Source: Scenedesmus sp. PABB004
Taxonomy: Eukaryota
NCBI GenBank assembly: GCA_014905635.1
Contig: JABVCE010000034.1
Coordinates: 248,001-312,000 of the forward strand
Reading direction: 5' to 3'
DNA length: 64,000 nt
The translations under genes were made by a program, and so were the position numbers. The notes beneath the pieces are model-generated. The model was not told where the DNA came from and made no database searches. It saw only the letters and a list, made by a program, of their open reading frames with translations. Positions 49,401-60,056 of this stretch are shown here, one piece after another. Every line of letters begins with the position of its first letter. The first letter of the stretch is position 1.

Positions 49401-52400
49401 ACACAACGTTGTCGTTGCGCTGGCAGCGACACTCCAGCAGCAGCCCCGGGCGCAGCAGGCGGCACAGGAAGGCGACGCCCTCTGCGCTGCCAGCCCCGGC
49501 GGCGGCGGCGTTGGCGGCGTCGGCGCCGCCGAGCTGCTCCCGCCAGCGCGCCACGGCCGCCGCCGGTATGAGCTCTGTCAGCGCGGGCGGCGGCGCCGGC
49601 CGCACACTGCCCAGAGCGACCTGCGCAGGTGGCGCGCAGGGTGCGTCGCTGAGCAGCGGGCGCGGTCGCAGCCACTCGGAGCAGTGTGCAGCCTCGGCGC
49701 GGCCGCGCAGCCAGCACCGCCGCACCCGCTCGACGGGTCCGCTGCGGGGCTGCAGGCACGCGCTGTCCCCGCCTGGCTGCACCGCCACCACCTGCTCTGC
49801 CTCGCCCCACACATGCCAGGAGGGCCACGGCGCCGCGGCGACCGTCGTCGCGCGCTGCACCTCACAGCGCTGATACAGCGCCAGCACGCCAGGCAGCGAC
49901 TCGGGGTCCTGCGACCGAGGCGGGAGGGGTCGGCGGCGGCGGTGGAGGCCTGCTGAGCTCGGGGCTCGGCGGGCGGCGGCGCCAGGTCCGCGGCCCCACC
50001 TCTGTCACCAGGGGCGAGTAGACCGACGCTGTGTGCGGCTCCTCGCTCCCCGCCTCCTCCTCGTCCAGCGCCTCTGCCTCGTCCACCTGGCGCAGCGCTG
50101 TGGGCGACGCCTCTGACAGCCGCTGCTGTGCGTGGTCCTCCGGGCCGCTGCGCAGAGTCGCTGCCCCAGGGCTGGCCTCGCCATCGAGCTGCTGATGCTG
50201 AGGTGGCCCGCGCTGCCCTTGCGTGGGCGCCGCCTGCTGCTGCAGCAGCCGCTTCTGCAGCCGGCCGGGCTGCAGCACCTGGGTGGTGCCCGTCGCAAGC
50301 TGCGCGCCATTCCAGGCACGGCTGTCCCCGCGGCTGCCACCACCGCCACCGTCGCCGCCGTCGGCGGCCTTGCCGCTGGGGCTGCTGTCGCCGCTGCGCT
50401 CCCCTGGCTCGCTGCCCGCTGCAGCTGCCGCTGCTGCTGCGGCAGCAGGGGCGGCAGCCACCGGTGCGTCTGCCCCGGCGCGGTCGGCGCTGGCCGCTGG
50501 CGGTGCGGGCTCCGGCGGGCGCGGGAGCTGCACGACGCTGAGCACGTACGCCGCGCCCTCCTGCAGCTCCACCCACAGCTTCAGCGCCTACACGGGGCGG
50601 CGTGGGCCGCAGCGCGGCGGTCCGCAAACGTTGGACCAGCGCGCGCGTGGGCGCGTGGCTGCCGCCTGCGCGGCGCCTACCTCGCTGCGCTGGGCGCGGT
50701 GCGCCCGGTAGTTGCCCAGGTTGTCGACGTTGGCCACTGCCATCTCGTGCACGCCCGCCTCCAGCTTGGCGCGCCGCTCCACGACCAGCGCCTCCCACTC
50801 CGCCACGTGCGCGCGCTGCCTGCGGCGGCCAAGCGGGGTGCAGCCGACCCACCGTCAGCAGCAGCGCTCAGCGGGGCAGCGGCCCGCTGCCGCAGCCCTG
50901 CCAAGTGCCAGCATGCCGCGCCCACGCTCACTCATGCCAGATGTCGGCCGCTCCGGCGACCAGCTTGGGCAGCTCTGCGCCCCGCCAGGCGTCGGCCAGG
51001 CGCTGCACGTCTGCGCGCACCAGCTCCAGCGCCTCCTGCAGCAGCGGGCCGCCAGGCCTCGAGCCAGGCGCGCCAGCGCCTGCTGCAGCGCCCGCTTGGA
51101 CGCCCAGGCCGTCACCAGCAGAGGTCGCGCGCAGGCCCGCCAGCAGGCCGCTCAGCTCGCTGTGCCGCGAGCTCAGCGCGGCGCCGTGGTGGCCCTGCTC
51201 GTCGCCGCCGCTGACCTCCAGCGCGCGCTCCGCAGCGGAAGGCTTGCGCTGCGGCATGGCCGTCTTGCGCCTGCGCGGCGCACAGCGTGGCGGGCGCGTC
51301 AGCAGCGCCAGGCCACGCTGCATGAGCGGGCGCGCCCTCGCCCGGCGCGCGCGCGCGCCGTGCCTGTGGCCGCTGGCCGCCTCGTCCTGCGCGGCGGCGC
51401 CCTGGGCCTCGGCGCCCTCGTCGCCGCCCTGCGCCCCGCTCGGCGTGCCCAGGTCACTCCAGCTGACGCCCTCGCCGTCGGCACTGCCTGCTCGCGCTGC
51501 AGCGGGCGCTCGCGCCTCCTCTGCCGCCTCCTCGTCGCCGGCGAAGCTCCAGCCGAGCCGCCGCCGCATGTGCCCGAGGTTGCACAGCACCCAGCTGGCG
51601 GCGTCGTGCAGGTGGTCGCGCAGCTCGGCGGGCGACGACAGCTCCAGCGGCCTGCGCCGCACCGGCGGGCGTGCGGCCGTCGTCAGCCGCAGCGCCGGGC
51701 GCCGGCGCGGCGCGCGCGGGCGCGCGTGCTGGGCGCCGGGCAGCGCGCCGCACAGGGCATTGTTCAGCGCGAGCACGCCGTCCTCTGTGGCCTCGAGGCT
51801 GGGCAGGTCGTTTATGAAGACCGCCAGAGTGCGCCGACCGCGCGGGCTGCCTGTGCGCGTGGCGCGGAGGGCGCGGAGCGCAGCGGCGCATGGCGTCAGC
51901 GGCGCCGCCGGGCGCCGGGTCGGGAGGATGGCGGTCGGCCCACCTGGGTGCGCCACGCGAATGATACCGGTGTGCGTGTCGTTGGGCCCCGCCGCAACGT
52001 CGATGCCCCGCGCCGCGGCCGCGGCGGCGACCGCCGCCTCGTCGCCGGAGGCAGGCAGCGCGGCCGCGGCTTCCGCGCCGCCGCTGCCCGCGTCGCTGCC
52101 CGCTGCGCCGGCGCTCGTGATAGCGCCGTTGCTCGAGTCGCCGCCACCGGCAGCGCCGTCGCTGCTGCCTTGCGCTGTGCTGCCGTCCGCGCTCCGGTCC
52201 TCACTGGCCCCCAGGTTCTCGAACGCCGGCTGCTGCGGCTGCCGCCGACTGCCGGCCTGCTCGTGCGCTGCCTGCTGAGCCGCGCGCGAGGGCGGCGCCG
52301 CGCTGGCAAGCACCGGCGCGGGCGCGCGGAGGTTGGCATCCTGCAGCTGCAGGTGCCAGGGGCCCGCATGAGGCCGCGGCTCGAACTCGCCCAGCAGCTG

Positions 52401-52529
52401 CGACAGCGGGTCGAGCGCCGGCGGCGGCAGCGGCAGCGCTGCACCGCCGCCAGCCTCTGCACGCAGGCGTTCGACCTCCTGCGTGAGTGCCTGGAGGGCG
52501 GCGCTCACCAACGCCAGCCGGCCGTCCAT
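43446..52529 (-). CDS. SNF2-family ATPase of the ATRX/ARIP4/Rad54-like group with a long N-terminal extension (5' boundary uncertain)
   Basis: LKPHQVAGLRFMW; GGCVLAHSMGLGKS; LLVAPTNVLRNWKDEF; VVADEAH; LALTGYPLQNNLTEYY; GEKVVIFSQ; FLISTRAGSVGINL; WNPVHNRQAVSRVWRYGQ; ends EEVVDLTQDD*. Exons up to ~50.6 kb join in phase; inclusion of 50.7-52.5 kb is inferred. Confidence 0.8.
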
Positions 52530-52861
52530 GTTCGTGAGCTCGTGAGCGCGCGCCGCCACGGACGAGCAGCGCTGCTCGCGGCGTCGCGCTGCCGGCCCCG
52601 GGAGCGGGCGCGGCGGCCCTGCCACCGCCCAGTCATGCGGCGCCACGCGCGGGCAGCCTCATGCCGGCGCCGCGCAGGGGGCCAGCGCGCGCCACGGCTC
52701 GGCGGCCGCCGCAGCGCCGGCACTGGCGCAGCTGGCGGTCTCGCGCCCCCGCGCCGCCGCGGCGCTGCCCGAGCTTCGGCACAACACTGTCACCGCGGGC
52801 GGGAGCGGCAGCGGGCTGGCCAGCTGGCGGCGGCGCAGGCGCGTGCTTTGAACCGCAGACG

Positions 52862-54251
52862 TCACACCACGGACGACCGCGGCGCGGGCACCGACGTGCG
52901 TGCCAGCAGCGCCTCTGCCGCGCGCACCGTCGCCGCCGCGCTGCCGTGCACCTGCTCCTTGATCATCAGCATCAGCGCCGCGTTGAGCGCGGTTTGCGCC
53001 AGCTTGGCCTGCATGCCGCGGTACAGGCCCGCCAGCCCCTCCTCGCGCACGATGCGCCGCAGCGCGTCCGCCGCGCCGGCGTAGCGGTGCTCCGGCGCCG
53101 AGTGGCTGCCCGCTGCCTGCAGGCGGCTCTTGACCACGATCATGGGGTAGGTCGCGACCGTGGCGAGGATCTTGGCGCCCGCGCCCAGCAGGAACACCTC
53201 GCCCGGCTCCAGCTTCACGCGCGACCCGCCGCGCCGCCGCGCCTTGGCCGCGACCGCGCGCGCCGTGAGCGCCTCAAACGCCATGTACTGCACCGCCGGG
53301 TTGACCACCAGCGCCAGGTTGGGCAGCACGCCTGCGCGCGCGGCGGCGCGGCGCCGCGCCGTCGGCCTGGGCCTGGGGCGCGGCGCGCGCGGCCGCGCGG
53401 CAGGCGCGGCGGCGCAGCTGGGGCCCGCGCGCGCGCGCGCGCTCGCGCACCGCGCCAGAAGCCCAGCGGGCCGTCCTCGCGCCACACCGCCACCGCCACG
53501 CCGAGCGCGTCGCTGCGGATGTGCTCGCTCGGCGCGCCCGCGGCCACGAGCTGGCGCTTGAGCGCCGCGCGCGCCTGCATCTGCGTGGCCACGACCTGGG
53601 CGGGCGAGGTGGCGAGCATGTTGATCGCCCCCGCCAGCGCCGCGACGCCGAGGCTCGCCGCGACGCCGATGTCCTCGCGCCGCGCGGCGGCGCCCGCCAC
53701 CGGCGGCTGCCCCCGCCGCGCGCGCAGCGCCGACACCGCGGCGCCGCGCAGGAGGCTGTAGAAGTAAAAGTAGATCTGCAAGGGGGAGGAGGGCGGGCCA
53801 GGGGGGCGGGGTCAGGGGGCGCGCACGCCGGCGCACGGGCTCAGGGGCCCGCCGCGCCGCGCGGCGCGCCGCCGGGAGCCGCGCCGCGCGCCGCCCGCGC
53901 CGCACCGCGTTGGACGCGGTCGTCTCGACGGCCGCCGGCTGCAGGCCCGAGTAGAGCGCGCCCAGCGACGGCAGCAGCGCGCGCAGCAGCGCCGCCGGGT
54001 CGCGCAGCAGCGCGCCGCGCTCCGCGGCGCTCAGGCGGCGGCCCTTGGCCTCCTGCATGCGGATGGCCTGCAGGGTGTATATCTGCGGCGGGCACGCGGC
54101 GGCGCGGACGCGGCTGCTGCGTCAGCGGGCGGCGGCGAGCGGCGCGGGCGAGGGGGCGGCGGCGCACCGTTTTCAGCGGGTACGTCGCCACCAGCGCCGC
54201 CAGGCTGCCCAGGCCGCCCGCCACCGCCTCCACGGCCGCGCTGGAGGCCAT
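52862..54251 (-). CDS. Mitochondrial-carrier-family protein, peroxisomal PXN/PMP34 (SLC25A17)-like; 4 exons
   Basis: EAVAGGLGSLAALVATYPLKT; SNAIYFYFYS; AGAINMLATSP; LVVNPAVQYMAFEAL; FLLGAGAKILATVATYPMIVVKSRLQ; GLYRGMQAKLAQTALNAALMLMIKE. Confidence 0.88.
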
Positions 54252-54753
54252 TTTTGCCACGCCGCCACCGCCGCTGCTGCCGCGCTCACTGCCGGCCGCT
54301 GGGGTGCGGAGTCGCGCGCGAGGCGGGCGAGCGGCAGTGCGGTGTCGGGGGTGCGGTCGAGGTGTATCGGGGGCGCGGCGCGACGGCCGTGATGACGGCC
54401 GACGCAACCGTCATCGCGCCCGCTCCGCTCCCTGCTCGTTCCACAGTCACGCAAGGGCGATCGTCCCACCAGGCCCGCGCACAGGCGTGAAAGCTCGGCC
54501 GCGCGGCCAGGCGCGCGCGAGCGAGCGCGGCGGCGGCAGCAGTCGCTCGACGGCGGCGGGCGCCCGCAGTCCGCCGACCGCTGCTGCAGGCAACACCAGT
54601 GCCTGCCTCCCCGCTGAGCTGCTCCACCAGGCGGCCACCGGCGGGCAACGCAACGCCGGCGGCCGCCGCGGCAAGCGGGCGAGCGGCCGAGCAGCAGCGA
54701 GGGCGGTGGCCGAGCAGCAGCGAGGGCGGTGAGAGAGTCCCTGCGGAGCGCAA

Positions 54754-57408
54754 ATGGACGCGCTCCCCTACACCGACGCGCTGGTCAAGGAGTACCTGCT
54801 GTTCCGCGGCTTCACCGCCACGCTCGACGCGTTTGCGCGCGACGCGGCGTCCGACCCGGCGGCGGGGCTGCAGGCGGAGGCCATCGCGGCGCACGTGTTT
54901 AGCCGCCTCATCCCCGCCCACGACCCCGGCGCGCTGGTGGACTTCCTGGAGAGCCTCGACGAGGGGTGCGGCGGCGGCGGCGTGGCCGCGCGCGCCGCCG
55001 CGCCCGCCGCTGAGCGCGGTCGCCGCCGCCGCCGAGCGCGGGCGCCACAACAACGCCTCAACACCACTCTGCTGCGCAGGCTCTACTCGCGCCTCGACGC
55101 GCGCTTTGAGCCGCTGGTCGCGGCGGTGGAGGCCGACCTGCTGCGCGCCTGCCTGGCGGCGTGCGCGGCCGCCAAGCGCCAGGACCGGGTCGCCGAGTTC
55201 TTCCGGCGCTTCGGCAGCCAGCTGCTCGCGAGCGCCGGCGCCGGCGCCGGCGGCGCGGACTGGCGGGACTGGCTGGCGCTGCCCTACCTCGACGCGCCGG
55301 CGCGGGACCGGCGCTTCGCGCTCTACTTCAGCGCCGAGTGGCGCGCCGCGCTGGAGGCGTCGTTTGTCAACTTCCTCGCGACCGTCATGCGCGCCCTGCC
55401 GCTGCCGGCGCTGCTGCGCTTCAACACAGACCGCCGGCTGCGCCTCGCGCTCGCGCAGCAGGTGGCCGCGCTGCAGGCCGAGCTGGACGCCACCAAGCGG
55501 CAGCTCGCGGACGCTGCGTTGGCGTTGGAGCAGCAGCGGCAGGGGCTGCCGGCCCAGCACAAGCGCGAGGCGAGTTTGGGGGAGTGGCAGACGCAGCAGG
55601 CGCAGCTGCAGGCCCAGCTGCAGGCGCAGCTGCAGGCGCAGCTGCAGGCGCAGCAGCAGGGGCAGCAGGAGCGCGAGCGCAGCGGGCAGCCACCTGCAGG
55701 TGGGGGCCTCTTCCAGCTGCTGCCAGCGGCGGGGGCCGCGGGCGCCGCGCCGCCGACAGGGTGTGAGCCGGCTGGCGCCGGTGGCGAGCAGCAGCAGGTG
55801 CCTGCGCTCCAGGCCGTGCCCCAGCGGCTGAAGCACACCCGCGTCGCGTCCACAGCGGGCATCAGCTTTGACGCAGGGCGCGCGAGCGAGCCCTCGCCGG
55901 ACAGCGCGGCCGCCGGCGGCGACGCGGCCCGCGCAGAGGAGCCGCCGCCGGGCGCGGGCGGCGCCCCCGTCCCCATCCCGGGGCCGAGCCCGCGCGGCGT
56001 CGGGGGCGCGCCCGCGCTGTCCAGCTCGCCGGTGGTGATGTCGTGGGCGGCTGGCATGGGCACCAGCAGCGGCATGCGTCCGCGCCACAACGCTCCGGGC
56101 GGCGGCGCCGGCGGCGATAATGGCGGCAGCGCCGCGCCCGGCGCTGCGCCCCTGGACGCCGCCGCGCCCGAGGCGGTCGCGGCACTCGCGCTGCTGCCGG
56201 GCCCGCTGCGCTGCAGCGTCTCGGTCGCGACGCACGAGCAGGCGGGCGGCGCGGGCGAGGGCGGCGTGGCGTGCGTGGCGTTCTCGCCGGCGGGCACCAA
56301 CGTCGCGAGCGGCAGCTGGACCGGAGCGGTGGACATCTGGAGCCCGCCCGGCGGCCTGCCCGGCAACGCGGCGCGGCACGCGAGCATGGCGTGCGGCGCG
56401 GCCGTGAGCGCGCTGGCGTGGGAGCCGCGCGCCGACAAGCTCCTGCTCGTCGGCTGCGGCGACGGCGGCGTGCGCGCGTGGCACGCCAACACGCGGCGCG
56501 TCATGGGCGACGTGGCAGGAGAGCCCGGCCACTGGGTGGTCGGCCTCGCCGCCAGCCCGACGGAGCCGACGCTGGCAGTGGCGTCCAACAGCGCGCCGCC
56601 CGGCCGGGGCGGCGGCGGCGGCGGCGCGCCGGTGAGCGGGCGGCTGGCGTGCTTCAACCTGCGCTCCCTCGCGCGCAGCGCCCTGCTGGCGCTCCCCGGC
56701 AACGTCGCCCTCGCGTCGCTCTGCTTCAGCAGCGCCGGGCAGCTCGCCGTTGGCACCTCCGGGGGCGGCGCGCTCGTCTACGAGCCGGGCCGCACCGCCC
56801 CGCTGCAGCGCTGGCAGGTCGCGCGCGGCGGCGACGCGGGCGTGCAGGTGGCGTGGCGCGGCGGCAGCGTGCTCACCCTCTGCGCCGGCGTGCTGTGCGA
56901 GTGGGCGGTCACGGGCGACGGTCGCGGCCCGCTGCTCGCGCTCGACGTCACCGCGGCGGCGGCGGCGGCGGCGCTGCAGGCGCACGGCGACGACGGCGGC
57001 GACAGCGGCGAAGGCGGCGACGGCGGCAGCGGCGGCGCCGGCGGCGGCGACGGCGGCGGCGACAGCGGCGGCGGCGACGCCGCGCCTGCCTGGCAGTGCT
57101 GCTGCGCGCCGTCGCCAGACGGCAGCCAGGTGGCGGTGCTGTGTGCGGCGGCGCGGCGCGGCGTGCTGCTGCTGTACGACCTGCCCGCGCAGGTGCCTGC
57201 GCAGCCAGGCGTGCCGCCCGAGGCGGTGCCGCCGCCGCAGGCGCTGCTCGTCAGCGCGCGGCTGGCGGCGGGCGGCGCGCCGGGGCGTGGCGGCTGCGTC
57301 GCGTGGCACCCGGCGGCGGCCGCACTGGTCGTGGGCTGCGGCGCGACCAGCTCGAGCCTCGTTGTGCGGCTGTCGGACGCGGCGGCGGGGGATCGCGCGG
57401 CGGCGTGA
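54754..57408 (+). CDS. WDR91: WDR91-like protein (N-terminal LisH/CTLH-like domain, coiled coil, WD40 repeats)
   Basis: TDALVKEYLLFRGFTATL; WRDWLALPYL...RFALYFSAEW...SFVNFL...PLPALLRFN; WD40 VACVAFSPAGTNVASGS; probable in-frame 114-nt intron at 54966-55079. Confidence 0.85.
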   Translation: MDALPYTDALVKEYLLFRGFTATLDAFARDAASDPAAGLQAEAIAAHVFSRLIPAHDPGALVDFLESLDEGCGGGGVAARAAAPAAERGRRRRRARAPQQRLNTTLLRRLYSRLDARFEPLVAAVEADLLRACLAACAAAKRQDRVAEFFRRFGSQLLASAGAGAGGADWRDWLALPYLDAPARDRRFALYFSAEWRAALEASFVNFLATVMRALPLPALLRFNTDRRLRLALAQQVAALQAELDATKRQLADAALALEQQRQGLPAQHKREASLGEWQTQQAQLQAQLQAQLQAQLQAQQQGQQERERSGQPPAGGGLFQLLPAAGAAGAAPPTGCEPAGAGGEQQQVPALQAVPQRLKHTRVASTAGISFDAGRASEPSPDSAAAGGDAARAEEPPPGAGGAPVPIPGPSPRGVGGAPALSSSPVVMSWAAGMGTSSGMRPRHNAPGGGAGGDNGGSAAPGAAPLDAAAPEAVAALALLPGPLRCSVSVATHEQAGGAGEGGVACVAFSPAGTNVASGSWTGAVDIWSPPGGLPGNAARHASMACGAAVSALAWEPRADKLLLVGCGDGGVRAWHANTRRVMGDVAGEPGHWVVGLAASPTEPTLAVASNSAPPGRGGGGGGAPVSGRLACFNLRSLARSALLALPGNVALASLCFSSAGQLAVGTSGGGALVYEPGRTAPLQRWQVARGGDAGVQVAWRGGSVLTLCAGVLCEWAVTGDGRGPLLALDVTAAAAAAALQAHGDDGGDSGEGGDGGSGGAGGGDGGGDSGGGDAAPAWQCCCAPSPDGSQVAVLCAAARRGVLLLYDLPAQVPAQPGVPPEAVPPPQALLVSARLAAGGAPGRGGCVAWHPAAAALVVGCGATSSSLVVRLSDAAAGDRAAA

Positions 57409-58321
57409 TCGCGCGCGGGGCAACTTGGTCTCGAGCACCACGGGCGTCATCGTGGCGGCCGGCGCGCGGCGTGACCCTGCGCCCCGCGCTGGGTTTTGCG
57501 CGCTCTGCGGGCGGCGCGCCCCGACGATCAGTGCGCCGATCATCGCCCGGCCTCCCCTCAGCACCGGCGCACGCAGCGCGGAGACAAGACATCACCCAGC
57601 GCAGCGGCGGAGCAGCGGCGCCTGCGCCGCCGGGAGAGAGCGAGGGCGGCCGCCAGCCCGCACTCTCCGGCGCGGCGGGGGGCCAACGCAACCGGAGCTT
57701 GCCGCAGGGCGCTCGTGCGGCAGCAGGCGCGGAGCAGGCTCGCCGAGCCTGCCTCCGTGAGCTCGGCGCGAGCCCGGGCGGTGCGGCGCCGGCTCGCGCG
57801 GCCAGGTGCGGATCGGGCGGGCGGGGGTGGGGCCGGGGAGCGCTGGCGCGGCGCACAGCAAGAGCACGCAGCCAGAGCACGCGCTCGTCCAGGCGGCCGC
57901 CAGGGGCCGCAGCCGCGCGCCTGCGGCGCTCTTTGGCGCGATTGAACGGGGGCTGGATGCCGGGGCGGGCGTCGGCGACGGATCGGGGTGCAGCGCTGCC
58001 GGGCGGGCGCATCGCCCACCTTGCTGCCCGCCGTCTCGCGCGCAGGGCCGCGATCGTGCGCAACCCGCGGTGGTCGGCATCGAGTGGCGCCGCGGGCGTG
58101 CTCCTAGCAGAGCCCCGCTCGCTGGGGCGGGCGGAGCGGCGCGGCGCCGGCGTGCGCGGCAGCAGCGACAGCAGCGGCGGCGGCCCGGCCGCCAGCGGGC
58201 CTGCCCCCGGTCGGCGTGCCGGGGCTGCCGACCTCAGCAGCGGCCTCCGCATCAGGAGGGTGGCGATGCGCACGTGATCACGGCAGCAGATCAGTGACGG
58301 CGGCGCGGCGCGGCGGGCGCG

Positions 58322-60017
58322 ATGCTCTGCTGCTTCCGCCCCTCCGCGCACGAGGCCGATGACGGCGCGGCCGACGTGCTGCCGCCGTCGTCGTCGCGCG
58401 GCAAGTCCGGGCCGGAGCCCGTGGTGGCCGGCAAGCCGCCCGCGGGGCGGCGCAGCTACTCCATCGGCTCGCAGCCGGGCTCGTCGGTGGGTCAGTCGAC
58501 GGCGGGCGGGGCGGTGAGCACGCTCGGCCCGCTCGCGCTCGACCCGCTTGCCCGGCTGGGCGAGGGCGCGGCGGTGCAGGCGGCGGCGGTGCAGCCTGAG
58601 TTGGACGCGGCGCTGGCGGCCGCGGGGCACGACGGCGGCGACGACGTGGGGCAGGGTGGCGGCGTGCTGAAGCTGGTGGCCCTGCTGCAGGAGCTGCTGG
58701 CGCTGAGCACCGCCACCCCGCGGCAGCCGCTGAGCAAGGCCATGGCGCTGCTGGTGGTGCGGCTGCCCGTGGACTGGGCCTGCCTGCACGCGATCAGCAC
58801 CAGCGGGCGCGTCGTCATGCAGGTGAGGCCAGCTGCGCCATTGCGCCGCCGGGTTGGGGCGGCCCCATGGCGCAGCGGGGGCAGGCCCGCGAGTGTCGCG
58901 CCCGGCCACGCACCGACAGCCAGTTGCTGACAGGCGCCCGCTGCCCGCTGCTGCTGCTCTCCTCCCTGCCGCACCGCAGGTCGGCTCTGCGCTCAGCCCC
59001 GAGGCGCAGCGCCAGCGCGGCGCGAGCGGCAGCTCGTACGCCACGCCCGTGCACGTCACGCCCGGCCGGCAGCGGCTGAGCTACAACCAGCAGATGCACG
59101 GCGGCAGCGCGGGCGGCTCGCTGTCGGTCACGCCCGGCGGCGGCGGCGGCGCGGGGCTGGGCGTGCACGAGGTCGGCGGCGGCGGCCTGGCCGTGCTGCC
59201 CGGCAGCGGCACCAGCCTGGAGCTGGTCGCGGCCAGCCGCCAGGCGCTGGCGGTGTACGCGGGTGACGACGACGAGGCGGCCCGCCTGCCGCGCGACTGG
59301 CAGCGCCTGCACAAGGACCGCGACCTGCGGGTGAGGCGGCGCGCGGGGGCCTCAGCGGGGCAGGGCGCGGCGCGCGGCGCGGGGCTGCGCCCGGCCGGCC
59401 CGGCTGCGCCTGCGCGTCGGCGTGCGCGCTCACGCCCGCGCGCCGCGGCGGCGGCGGCGGCGGCGCAGTCGTTCCTGGCGGTGCCCATCATCGCGTCGGG
59501 CAGCAGCGGCAGCATCATCGGCACGCTCTCGTTCGGGCTGACGAGCATCTGCGACTGGGGCTCCGCCTGGTGGATGAGCAGCATCCAGCTCCTCTGCGGC
59601 TGGGCCGCGGGCGCGCTGCCGCAGAACCGCGCCACCGCGCGTGCCAACTTTTTCGACGAGCTCTGGGCCGCTACCACCCTGGACGAGCTGGGGCGCGTGT
59701 TTGTGCACGGCCTGCCGCACGCGCTGGCCGACCCGGTAAGGGGCCGCTCGGGCGCCGCCCCAGCAGCGCGTGGCCCGCGTGCGCGCTGTGCGCGCTGCGC
59801 TCACCGCCCCTGCTGCACCGCGCAGGCGGTGCACAAGCTGGAGGTGCGGCTGGCGCTGGTGTCGTCGCGGCTGGCCAACTGCACGATCTTTGCAGAGCAG
59901 GTGGACGAGGCGCAGGCGTCGGCAGCGGCGCTGGACGCGCCAGTTGCGCAGCAGGCCGGCCAGGCGGGGTCCCCGGAGCCGCAGCAGCAGCAGGAGCAGC
60001 AGCAGCAGCAGCAGCAC

Positions 60018-60056
<39 letters not shown>

